DNA of 64,000 nucleotides, from contig JBHGNT010000002.1 in the NCBI GenBank assembly GCA_043228905.1, forward strand, positions 4,836,001 to 4,900,000, in the 5' to 3' direction. Positions 63,900 through 64,000 of the stretch are shown here, in pieces. The notes beneath the pieces were generated by a model. That model made no database searches, was not told where the DNA came from, and was given only the letters and a program-made list of their open reading frames with translations. This DNA comes from Azolla caroliniana. Its lineage: Eukaryota > Plantae > Polypodiophyta. The stretch's first letter is position 1. Every line of letters begins with the position of its first letter. The position numbers and the translations under genes are program-made.

Positions 63900-64000
63900 C
63901 CCTGTTTCTCTTCTCTGAAATGCAAATGGAAATGGAAATGAAGCATTGACATGGGGACAGGGACTTTGATGAAATTCATTAAAGCATGAATGAGAGAGAG

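Overview
Eukaryotic land-plant genomic DNA: spliced genes, LTR nests and microsatellites. A fern or other seed-free plant is my inference from the TE types. There are two apparently intact host genes: a 3-exon TIR1/AFB-family auxin-receptor F-box/LRR gene (- strand, 24687-28037, ~574 aa) and a 4-exon SETD9/C5orf35-like SET-domain gene (+ strand, 50980-55280, ~394 aa). Most of 1-49.6 kb is transposon-derived: LINE fragments, several Ty1/copia elements, a 9.7-kb hAT with TIRs, solo LTRs with TSDs, and an 18-kb gypsy/copia nest with a chimeric gypsy-to-copia LTR junction. The most unusual object is at 1-6.6 kb: a decayed DNA transposon with a Sola1/DUF7869-like DDD transposase, divergently paired with a spliced ParB/Srx-fold gene. 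The predicted first intron of that gene holds a 51-bp-period array of eight 31-33-bp palindromes, a candidate eukaryotic ParB/parS-like or VANC-like module. 55.3-64 kb is mostly uninterpretable AT-rich intergenic DNA. All family assignments are by motif recognition only; no searches were run.
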